Source of the DNA: an uncultured cyanobacterium
GTDB lineage: Bacteria; Cyanobacteriota; Cyanobacteriia; Leptolyngbyales; Leptolyngbyaceae
DNA length: 29,577 bases
Reading direction: 5' to 3'
Assembly (NCBI GenBank): GCA_963766075.1
Contig: CAVYAN010000066.1
Span: 1-29,577 of the forward strand
Position numbers and translations under genes: made by a program. The first letter of the stretch is position 1, and each line of letters starts with the position of its first letter. Shown piece after piece: positions 1-7,944 of the stretch. Below the pieces are notes generated by a model that saw only the letters and a program-made list of their open reading frames with translations, did no database searches and was not told the DNA's origin.

Positions 1-3000
1 GCCGAGGCGGGGGTGCAGGCTCCGGATTGGGAGGGGATTCGGGCGTTGTTGGAGCGGGCGATCGCGCGGTTTGAGGGGTTGCAGCGGTTGGAGTTGGTGG
101 GGAGCTGTATTCCGCTGTTGGAGCGGGTGTTGCAGAAGTTGAAGGTGTGGGCAGCCGCTGGAGGCGATCGCGCGGCGGGGGCTGGAGCTGCACGCGGGGG
201 CGGGCAACCGGACGCGGTTGTCCCAGGACTCTGGCTTTTTGGCGCGGGCGTTGCTGGAGCAGGGGCGGTGGGAACCGGCGCGGGAGGCGGCGCAGCGGGC
301 GTTGGCGGAGTTGGCGGGGGAACCGGCGGACTTGGATTGGCTGCGGGGGATGTATCGCTGTTTTGCGGCGGAGGCGGAGCGGGGGTTGGGGAATTTGCCG
401 GAGGCGATCGCGCTGCTGACGGCGGCGAATGCCCAGGTGGTGAGCGATTTGGGCTATCCCAAGCCCGCGATTCGGATTTTGGCGGTTCTGCGGGAGGTGC
501 ATTTGGCGCTGGGGCAGTACTGGGAGGCCTTTGAGGCGAAGCAGGCGCGGTTGTCGGTGGAGCAGCAGTATGGGCTGCGGGCGTTTGTGGGGGCGGGGCG
601 GTTGCAGGCGCAGCGGCAGGCGGTGGAGCGGGAGTTTGCGATGCCGACGGGGGGGCAGGTGGCTCCGGAGATTGCGGCAGCGGGACGGCAGCAGGATTTG
701 GCGCGGTTGGTGGAGCGGGTGGAGCGGCGGGATAATCGGCTGAATGTGATTCATGGTGGCTCGGGGGTGGGGAAGAGTTCGCTGGTGAATGCGGGGTTGG
801 TGCCAATGTTGCGGCAGGGGCCGATCGCGGCGCGGGATAATTTGCCGGTGGTGGTGCGGACCTATACGCAGTGGGTGGATGAACTGTCGCAGCAGTTGCA
901 TCGGGGGCTGGTGGCGATCGGTCGGCGATCGGCGGAGCCCGGTTTGACGGGCGACCCTGCTGGTTCTGCATCCGCAGTTGCCAGTGCCAGTCTTGTCTCT
1001 GGCCCTGCCGAACGGGCAATTTCTACCGCTGACCCCCAAGTTTCCAGTTCTGACCCCCAAGTTTCCAGTTCTGAGCCACACCCGTCTCACGCTGAACCAC
1101 ACCCATCTCACTCTGAACCACACCCGTCTCGCTCTGAGCCACAACGCGTCTCCCTCTGAACCGCATCCGTCTCGCCCTGAGCAACAACGGTCTCCCTCTG
1201 AACCGCATCCGTCTCACTCTGAGCCGCAACGGTCTCCCTCTGAACCGCACCCGTCTCGCTCTGAGCCGCAACAGCCGAGTTCTGAACCCGAAGTTTCCAA
1301 TTCTGAACCACAACTTCCGACTCCGGACTCCCGACTCCCGACTTCCGACTTTAAAGCGCGCGCGTTGTTGGCGCAATTGCGGCAATTGGATCAGCAAGGC
1401 TTGCGATCGGTGCTGATTTTTGACCAGTTTGAGGAGTTCTTTTTTGTCTATCCCCGGCCGGAGGATCGGCGGCCGTTTTTTGAGTTTCTGGTGAAGTGTC
1501 TAGAAATTTTGTCGGTGAAGGTGTTTCTGTCGCTGCGGGAGGATTACCTGCATTATTTGCTGGAGTTGGGCCAGTTGGCGGGGATGCGGGCCACGGGGAT
1601 TGATCTGCTGAGTCAGAATGTGCGGTATGGGTTGGGCAATTTTGAGCCGCCGGATGCGACGGCGATTATTCAGAGTTTGACGCGGCGGGCGCGCTACTAT
1701 CTGGAACCGGCGCTGGTGGAGCGGTTGGTGGCGGATTTGGCGCGGGAGCTGGGGACGGTACGGCCGATTGAGTTGCAGGTGGTGGGGGCGCAGGTGCAGG
1801 CGGAGGGGATTCGGACGCTGGCGGCGTATGAGGCGTTGGGGGCGGAGCCGAAGCTGGCGCTGGTGCAGCGGTATGTGGCGGCGGTGGTGGGGGACTGTGG
1901 GGCGGCGCAGCAGCGGTTGGCGGAGTTGGGGCTATGGCTATTGACGGATGAGCGGGGGACGCGGCCGCTGAAGACGCGGCTGGAGCTGGAACTGGGGTTG
2001 CGGGAGTTGGGGGTGGATGGCGGAGCAGACGGTGCCGGGGGGGCGCTGGATTTGGTGTTGGGGATTTTGGTGGGGTCGGGGTTGGTGGTGGTGGTACCGG
2101 AGGTGCCGGTGGATCGGTATCAGTTGGTGCATGACTATTTGGCGGCGTTTATTCGGGCGCAGCAGGAGCCGCGATTGCAGCAGGTGATGGCGGAGTTGGA
2201 GGCGGAGCGGGAGAAGACTCGGCAGTTGCAGACGCAGTTTCAGGTGACGGAGCAGGAGTTGACCCAGGCGCAGCAGACGTTGACGCTGACGCAGCGGCGG
2301 ACGCGGCGGCAGGTGACGGTGGGGCTGGCGGCGATGGGGATTGCTGCGTTGGTGGCGACCAGTATTGCGGGAAGTACAGTGAGCAATGCGCGGCAGGATG
2401 CTAGCCGAAAGATTGAAGCGGCGAATCAGCAGGCGCGGACTAAAACCCAGCAGGCGGATCGCCGGGTTGAGAAGCGACGTCAGCAGGAACGGAGCAGAGA
2501 TCGGAGTTGAAACAGCAAGGGCACGGTCAAGACGGCGGAGCTGAAAGTGAAGGAACACATGAGATTACCTGCCGATTGTGAGCAGGTTTGTGGCAAAGGT
2601 ATTACGATTGCGCATCAACAGGTGGCACAGTCGAATGCCGCGCTGGAGCGGGTTAATCGGAAAAGTAAGGGGCAACAGCAGAAAAGCCCAGGCAGAAAAG
2701 GCAAAAGTCGTGGCAGAGCCACAAGTCAACGATGCTAACTGAATTTTGCAGGCGGTCGAACCGATGCAAGTGGATCTAGACAAGGCCCAGACCGAAGGCA
2801 GGCAGGACGGCGACTTTGCTGGGTAGGTCGCAGATCTTGGATGCGCGCGTGATTTCCAAGCAAGTATCGCAGCTTACGGCAGATGCCAAGGGCCTCAGTA
2901 AAAAGCGCCACCAGAAAGCGTGGAAGCCAAACTGCAGAACGCAAGATGCCTTAAGCAACGTCTGGAGCGTCCAAGAACGCAACAGCCCCAAAGCCAATCA

Positions 3001-3208
3001 AGGCAGTGTCTGGAGCGTGAATTTCAGTCCCGATGGCAAAACCATTGTCTCCGGCAGCTCTGACGGCACCGTCAAGATCTTCGCTTGGGATGTTGAGCAG
3101 TTGCTCCACCTGGCCTGCGCCTGGGCCAACGACTATCTGCGCACCAACCCGGATGTGAGTGATGGCGATCGAGCGATCTGTGGCATTCCTGCGCGGCCGC
3201 GGCAATAG
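1..3208 (+). pseudogene. 5'-partial, multiply frameshifted large STAND-family protein: helical/TPR-like region, nSTAND1-type P-loop NTPase, TM helix, coiled coil, single WD40 repeat and C-terminal cap (pseudogene or sequencing errors)
   Basis: ORFs 13-534, 218-1159, 978-2510 and 2816-3208 join into one protein. Walker A GGSGVGKS at 755-778 and Walker B VLIFDQFEE at 1410-1436, followed by LSLREDYL, RPIELQVVG and YQLVHDYL motifs. Hydrophobic VTVGLAAMGIAALVATSIAG. WD40 QGSVWSVNFSPDGKTIVSGSSDGTVKI, then LACAWANDYLRTNP. Frameshifts at ~150 (extra G), 1147 (extra C) and several in 2470-2940. Confidence 0.85.
1029..1350 (+). repeat. Coding 21-bp tandem repeat (~14 units, SEPHPSR/SEPQRSP) followed by CCCGACT-like heptamers
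   Basis: Units such as CTGAACCACACCCGTCTCGCT, CTGAGCCGCAACGGTCTCCCT and CTGACCCCCAAGTTTCCAGTT, ending in ccgact-ccggact-cccgact-cccgact-tccgact. Confidence 0.92.
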
Positions 3209-3246
3209 GCTCCACTGAGAAGCCGGGGGTCTGGTCTGGCTTGTCT

Positions 3247-3443
3247 GACCCCGTAGGTCTCAGAAACCGGGGTTCTTTCGTGGTCTTGGGTAGATTGCCA
3301 GCCGCCTCGCTAGAACCCCGGTTTCTTGGCCAGGGCGATCGCATTCGTTTTGGCAATTCAGAGGAGATCGCGGATGGAGGGGAGAGATCGCGTTCCCTAA
3401 TTTTGGCAATCCAAGGGCAAGAAAGAAGCGAGGGTGCGATCGC
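3247..3443. repeat. Composite intergenic repeat: 65-bp hairpin A (3262-3326), then HIP1-B1-HIP1*-B2-HIP1*-C-HIP1
   Basis: AGAAACCGGGGTTCT-N35-AGAACCCCGGTTTCT. GCGATCGC at 3335 and 3436, GAGATCGC at 3364 and 3384. 3250-3391 is nearly identical to 6177-6318. Confidence 0.93.
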
Positions 3444-3559
3444 GCTCTCCGCAACCACATCCCCACCCACCCGTAATCTCAGAAACCGGGGTTCTTTCAT
3501 GGCCTCGGGTAGCTTGCCAGCCATCTTGGCAGAACCCCGGTTTCTTGGCGTCCCCCTAC
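3444..3559. repeat. Second copy of hairpin module A (stem 3481-3545) with its ATCCCCACCC leader
   Basis: Identical 15-bp inverted arms and a 35-nt diverged interior; the leader matches 6166-6188. Confidence 0.9.
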
Positions 3560-3656
3560 CGGTTCAGACGGGGCCACCCATCCAGGGCCGCGGATTGGCG
3601 CGATCGGACGGATCCTTTAGAATAGACAGAGTGCTGTACAACAAGAGGCTGTGCAA

Positions 3657-3929
3657 GTGGACATCATTAGCCTGAATACATTCAAAGAATCATTAAAAGA
3701 GTATGTTGAGCAAATCACCCAGCAACATACCCCCATGAAAGTGACCAACCACCAGGGGCAAGACTTCGTCGTCATCAGTCTTGAAGATTGGGAACAGGAA
3801 CAAGAAACCCTATACATTCTGCAAAACAACAGCCTGATGCAACAAATCGTAGACTCAACAACAACCCACACCCAGCAGCAAGGATATCGCCCATCCAACC
3901 CAGAAATCGATGAGATCCTTAGTCTTTGA
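3657..3929 (+). CDS. yefM: Type II TA antitoxin, Phd/YefM family
   Basis: MDIISLNTFKESLKEYVEQI...PMKVT...DFVVISLEDWEQEQETLYILQN is a YefM pattern. AAGAGG lies 8 nt before GTG 3657 (ORF track starts at 3651). Overlaps the toxin gene. Confidence 0.88.
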   Translation: MDIISLNTFKESLKEYVEQITQQHTPMKVTNHQGQDFVVISLEDWEQEQETLYILQNNSLMQQIVDSTTTHTQQQGYRPSNPEIDEILSL

Positions 3930-4179
3930 AGGAAATACCTGGGCGGCCTATGAGCAATTAAGAACGCAGGATCAGAAATTGCATCGCAACCTCTGCAAAC
4001 TGCTGAAGGAAATGTTGCGAGAGGATCCGACCAAAGGGCTGGGCAAACCCGAACCACTCAAACACAATCTATCGGGTCTATGGTCCCGTCGGATTTCCCA
4101 AAAAGATCGGGTCGTCTACAAGTTCGATGATGACTATGTTTACATCTTTGCGATTGGCGGACACTACGACAGTTTTTAG
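3910..4179 (+). CDS. yoeB: Type II TA toxin, Txe/YoeB family mRNA interferase
   Basis: GLGKPEPLKHNLSGLWSRRISQKDRVVY...IGGHY signature; downstream of and overlapping yefM. Confidence 0.93.
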   Translation: MRSLVFEGNTWAAYEQLRTQDQKLHRNLCKLLKEMLREDPTKGLGKPEPLKHNLSGLWSRRISQKDRVVYKFDDDYVYIFAIGGHYDSF

Positions 4180-4223
4180 AGTTGCCTCCACTCCATTCAG
4201 TCACCTATTAAGCCAACAGACCC

Positions 4224-4283
4224 GCGATCGCGTTCCCTAATTTTGGCAATCCAAGAGCGAGAAAGAAGCGAGGGTGCGATCGC
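4224..4283. repeat. HIP1-C-HIP1 module (60 bp), direct repeat of 3384-3443
   Basis: GCGATCGC-GTTCCCTAATTTTGGCAATCCAAGAGCGAGAAAGAAGCGAGGGT-GCGATCGC; 3 mismatches versus 3384-3443. Confidence 0.95.
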
Positions 4284-4310
4284 TCAAAAGACCCAATCAG
4301 GCGGATGAAT

Positions 4311-4553
4311 TCATAAGGGCATTGACTCTGGCTCCGCCGCCAAGCCAATCTGAGGCTTACAGTCCGTAAACGTCAAAGATTCGGAGTCCAGAAAGTCCGC
4401 CAGCGCCATTTCCAGCACGAGTTCTGTCGTATAGCCAATCTGTTTGGCATAGTTAATATAGGCATTGCGGATATGTTCCGGTAGCACGGCTAGGAGCATG
4501 ACGGCGGCATCGTGGCTGAGATGCTGTGGGCTAGTTTGTGGCAAAGTTTGCAT
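4311..4553 (-). CDS. Small hypothetical protein (80 aa)
   Basis: Protein-like helical ORF; AAGGTGG upstream of the ATG; starts 8 nt after the GIY-YIG stop. Confidence 0.7.
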   Translation of the reverse strand: MQTLPQTSPQHLSHDAAVMLLAVLPEHIRNAYINYAKQIGYTTELVLEMALADFLDSESLTFTDCKPQIGLAAEPESMPL

Positions 4554-4561
4554 AACCACCT

Positions 4562-4818
4562 TCAGTCTCTATAAGGATATTGGGCGTTGTATGGCGGCCG
4601 CGTAGCACGGATCAAAATACTTTCTAGCGCATCTCCCAATTTTAGAGCATCGACCATCGACAGCGGTGCAAAAGCGATCGCGACATCTTGATGATCGTAA
4701 TCATCGAGCCATGACCAGGTGCAGGCTTTGTGTCCCCCACGAAAGCGCTCTCGCAGCTTCTTGGCTTTTCCGATGTAAAGTAGCCCCCCTTGCCGATGTC
4801 TCACGGCGTATAAACTCG
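4562..4818 (-). pseudogene. GIY-YIG nuclease family protein, 5'-truncated
   Basis: Frame reads (P)SLYAVRHRQGGLLYIGKAKKLRERF...LESILIRATRPPYN, with both Tyr motifs plus R, E and N. No own start; upstream sequence belongs to another gene. Confidence 0.75.
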
Positions 4819-5021
4819 GTTGAGTCCTCTGCGCCCAACGGCATCACACCCACCAGACTTTGCGTCCAAGGATCCAGATCCGCGATCGCGCTCAAATTAG
4901 AGATGGGAAAAACCGATGGTTGCGTTTCCTGCTGAATCGAAGTCAAAACAGCCTGCACTAAACGCCAGCGATCGCCAATCGGTAATTGCAAGATCTGCTG
5001 TTCCAATTCTGGTAACGTCAT
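4701..5021 (-). pseudogene. Antitoxin-like small protein, 3' end apparently replaced by out-of-frame GIY-YIG sequence
   Basis: MTLPELEQQILQLPIGDRWRLVQAVLTSI...LDPWTQSLVGVMPL resembles cyanobacterial TA antitoxins (recognition, not a search). After DSTE (~4815) the ORF runs through the GIY-YIG coding sequence in another frame. Confidence 0.55.
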
Positions 5022-5130
5022 CGGCATCCTCTCCACCTAGGGGCATAGGCCTATTGTCAACGGCGATCTCGCTGTGTAAGTAAGAAAGTTCTTTGACGCT
5101 TGGGTAGGTGCTAGCGTCTGCAGACCGGTC

Positions 5131-5192
5131 GGCCAGGGCGTCCGTTCGTTTTGGCAATTCAGAGGCGATCGCGGGTGGAGAGGAGCGATCGC
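5131..5192. repeat. Degenerate HIP1-B1-HIP1-B2-HIP1 module
   Basis: GGCCAGG-GCGTCC-GTTCGTTTTGGCAATTCAGAG-GCGATCGC-GGGTGGAGAGGA-GCGATCGC; matches 3328-3391 and 6255-6318. Confidence 0.92.
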
Positions 5193-5240
5193 GCCACTCA
5201 AATCAAGGAGGGGCGATGGTTGCCAAACCGACGTCACTGA

Positions 5241-6082
5241 TCATCCCCCCGCAACCACACTCCCAAACTCCTGAAGCCCCGTAAAATCCAACAACGCCTT
5301 GCTCAGAGACTCCAATTGCTCCAGGGATAGAGCGTGAATGGCCGTGATTAAGCGATTAAATGGGCCCACGCGACGAGATAACTGCCGAAGAACGAGCGAT
5401 CGGTCTCCTTGTTGCTGTCCTCTAGCCTCTCCCTTCTCCGCCTCTTCCCGCAGCACCCGCGACTCCGACAAATTCAGTCCCAACATTGCTTCAATCTCCT
5501 CTCGACTCAATGTGCTCAGCCTGTAAACCATGTATTGTCGTCACTAAATCCATTATCGCTGATTCTCAGCCGGATCAGCCCGCGCCTGCTCCAGCAGAGC
5601 TTTAGCCTGGGCTACCGCCTGGGTTTCCGGAGCCATCATCAACTGCATCAGTTGCACCCCCAAAGAGTCTTGTTCAGAAGCATGCAGCTCATCGAGATAA
5701 ATCTGTTGGACCTGAGAGCCACTCAGCAATGAACGATGCAAGGTGGCATTACTGGGCTCTAACCGTCGAGATGCGAAAAAATCAGCACCCCGCGCCAGTC
5801 ACTGTAACGACCTTCAGCCCGACGCAAAAAGTAAGCAATTTCGGCAAAGAATCGGTCCTACAGTGCTTCATCCTTTTGCAACTGGACTTCAGCAAAACAC
5901 ACAACCTGAAATGCAGCCGTAGCCAGGGGGAGAAAGACACCATCGATGCGAAAAGCCGTTTCTTTGACTTCAACCGATTCAAATTGATAGCCCCCAGAGT
6001 CGGGGGGTGGCTCAGCCATCAGCTCAAACAAAAGTCCTGGGAACTGAGAAAACAATTTGTAAAAGAGAGTGTCGCGACGCAT
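5241..6082 (-). pseudogene. Rpn-family (DUF2887 + C-terminal DUF4351-like) PD-(D/E)XK protein, fragmented
   Basis: 5858-6082 MRRDTLFYKLF...YQFESVEVKETAFRIDGVFLP...FAEVQ; 5553-5741 QVQQIYLDEL...LGVQLMQL; 5241-5531 LSREEIEAMLG...LVLRQLSRRVG...LSLEQLESLSKALLDF. Broken by stops and frameshifts. Confidence 0.85.
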
Positions 6083-6142
6083 CGGATAGCCAGAAGCAAA
6101 TCAGTTCAATTGTACCATAATACAACCAAGCACCTCTAAACC

Positions 6143-6354
6143 GCGATCGCCACATCTGCGACGATATCCCCACCCGCCCGTAGGTCTCAGAAACCGGGGT
6201 TCTTTCGTGGTCTTGGGTAGATTGCCAGCCGCCCTGCCAGAACCCCGGTTTCTTGGCCAGGGCGATCGCGTTCATTTTGGCAATTCAGAGGCGATCGCGG
6301 ATGGGGAGGAGCGATCGCACCTCTCAGTTTCAACAACATGACCACCGCGATCGC
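6143..6354. repeat. Composite repeat HIP1-A(hairpin 6189-6253)-HIP1-B1-HIP1-B2-HIP1-28nt-HIP1
   Basis: Perfect GCGATCGC at 6143, 6262, 6291, 6311 and 6347; modules match the copies at 3250-3391, 3459-3545 and 5131-5192. Confidence 0.93.
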
Positions 6355-6392
6355 GCCATAATAATGACATCTCTGTCTCAGCGTGAGCGATT

Positions 6393-6689
6393 ATGACCCT
6401 CGAACAAGTTGTCCTAGCCCGACTCCGCACCTTGCCACCAGCAACCCAGCAGGAAGTGCTTAACTTTGTCGAATTTCTCGCCAACCGCCAACCTCAGGCC
6501 CAACCCGCCGATCTATCCACCCATCCCGGCCTCATGCATCAACTCCGTACTGCTGGATTCATCGCGATCGCCACCGCCGCCCCAGCCAATGCCCTTTCCG
6601 ACCAAGCCCTAGAAGCATTCGTCAAAACCTTACCGCCCACCCCAATTCCCACCTCTCAAATCATCATTGAGGAACGCGGTGAATGGTAG
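6393..6689 (+). CDS. DUF2281-like antitoxin
   Basis: MTLEQVVLARLRTLPPATQQEVLNFVEFL N-terminus and PTSQIIIEERG C-terminus; stop overlaps the PIN toxin start. Confidence 0.75.
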   Translation: MTLEQVVLARLRTLPPATQQEVLNFVEFLANRQPQAQPADLSTHPGLMHQLRTAGFIAIATAAPANALSDQALEAFVKTLPPTPIPTSQIIIEERGEW

Positions 6690-7148
6690 TCGCCTACTTC
6701 TTGGACACCAGTGCCCTCGTCAAGCGCTACGTTCCAGAAAAAGGGACCGCTTGGATACAAGCCCTCACCGCCCATCCTCCGAAATATTTTGCTGGTTGCC
6801 CGAATCACAGCCGTTGAAATCATCAGCGCGATTGCCCGTCGCCAACGAGAAGCCAGCCTCACAACCAACCAAGCCCAACAACTCCGCCTCGTTGTGCAGC
6901 AGCACTTCACAACCCAATACCAAATCGTTGAACTCACACCCAGCATCGCTGCTCTGGCTGGTGAATTATGCGATCGACAACCGTTGCGAGCCTATGATGC
7001 CGCACAGCTTGCCTCCGCCATCAGTATTCTGCCGATCATTGCCCAATCGTCAGAAACGAGCCTGACCTTTCTAAGCGCAGACGATCGCCTACTCAATTCT
7101 GCGAAATTAGAGCACCTGCAAACGGCAAATCCCAACTCTCATTCCTAG
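6683..7148 (+). CDS. vapC: VapC/PIN-domain toxin, one frameshift at ~6770-6780
   Basis: From ATG 6683: MVVAYFLDTSALVKRYVPEKGTAWIQ. Continues in the next frame: ILLVARITAVEIISAIARR...LRAYDAAQLASA...FLSADDRL. The break lies in short C runs. Confidence 0.85.
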
Positions 7149-7222
7149 AGTCCCAAGAACCAATCGAGATCATGGCTAGAGGGAGCGATCGTGGTCGGAG
7201 GAACAGGCGATCGGTCGCTGCA

Positions 7223-7849
7223 TTACAGAGGGTCGTGACTCGAAGCATAGCCATCCACAGGCACAAAGCGCTGCGTTTCCGGTCGATAACTCCAACTAAT
7301 TTGCGCCGGATCTTTTCCCCGGCTCCATTCGCTCCAATCCGGCAAATGCTTGCGCCGTCGAATCGTGTCCGGAGAGACACCGAAACGCTGGGCAAGCTGA
7401 GTTTGGTTGAGCGGCAGAACCTCGGTCACAGTCATTGGACCTCGATCTTGAAATTCCGCCTCCGGCAGTTGCAAGGTCGGAAAAACGTAGAAAATATCCC
7501 CCGTTTGGGTCACTTCATAGCGAGCCGAAAACTCGCGAGCCTTGGTGTCGAGGTATTCCTGGGCGATGGCAGCGGGCTGTTGAGCCGCGATCGCAAAATC
7601 CAGCACCATCATGCGTCCCTGATGTTGCTGCAGCAAGTCATAGAAAACCCCATCTAACGCCACCCGAGCCTGACGGTGATGGCGCTGATACCGCCACCAC
7701 ACCCAACCCCCGCAGCCCAACGGCACCAACAGCGGCAACAGCGGCGTAATCACCCGCGCCACAGTCACACTCACCGAGAGCGCGGCGATCGCCCCACCCA
7801 CATACAGCCAAGATCTCAGGGCACCGTCACTCGGCGATGGGCGCGCCAT
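7223..7849 (-). CDS. Hypothetical membrane protein with possible C-terminal HTH
   Basis: Two N-terminal hydrophobic segments and LNQTQLAQRFGVSPDTIRRRK near the C-terminus. Confidence 0.75.
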   Translation of the reverse strand: MARPSPSDGALRSWLYVGGAIAALSVSVTVARVITPLLPLLVPLGCGGWVWWRYQRHHRQARVALDGVFYDLLQQHQGRMMVLDFAIAAQQPAAIAQEYLDTKAREFSARYEVTQTGDIFYVFPTLQLPEAEFQDRGPMTVTEVLPLNQTQLAQRFGVSPDTIRRRKHLPDWSEWSRGKDPAQISWSYRPETQRFVPVDGYASSHDPL

Positions 7850-7944
7850 ACCTCCACCCCCCAACTAAAACCCGCAAGCAACCATGGGCTAATAATACAT
7901 ACGATCTAATTTCATCGCAATCCCCTGTCATCCTCTGCTTTGAT

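Noticed and set aside
1..3208. Diversity-generating retroelement acting on the STAND/WD40 gene
   Set aside because: No reverse transcriptase and no template/variable repeat pair differing at adenines in the window.
3364..3391. GAGATCGC variants as deliberately inactivated HIP1 sites
   Set aside because: Cannot be told apart from drift or base-calling error at a commonly methylated motif without raw reads.
3072..3675. ORFs 3241-3675, 3072-3524, 3260-3466 and similar ORFs at 5037-5237 and 6024-6275
   Set aside because: They are translations of the non-coding repeats (RNRGS/EPRFL/KPGF).
3335..6354. HIP1-spacer-HIP1 chains as a CRISPR array
   Set aside because: The repeat is only 8 bp, spacers are 12-44 nt and themselves repeated, and there are no cas genes in the window.
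3247..7148. Canonical integron
   Set aside because: No IntI gene, the hairpins do not show RYYYAAC/GTTRRRY ends, and cassettes are in both orientations.
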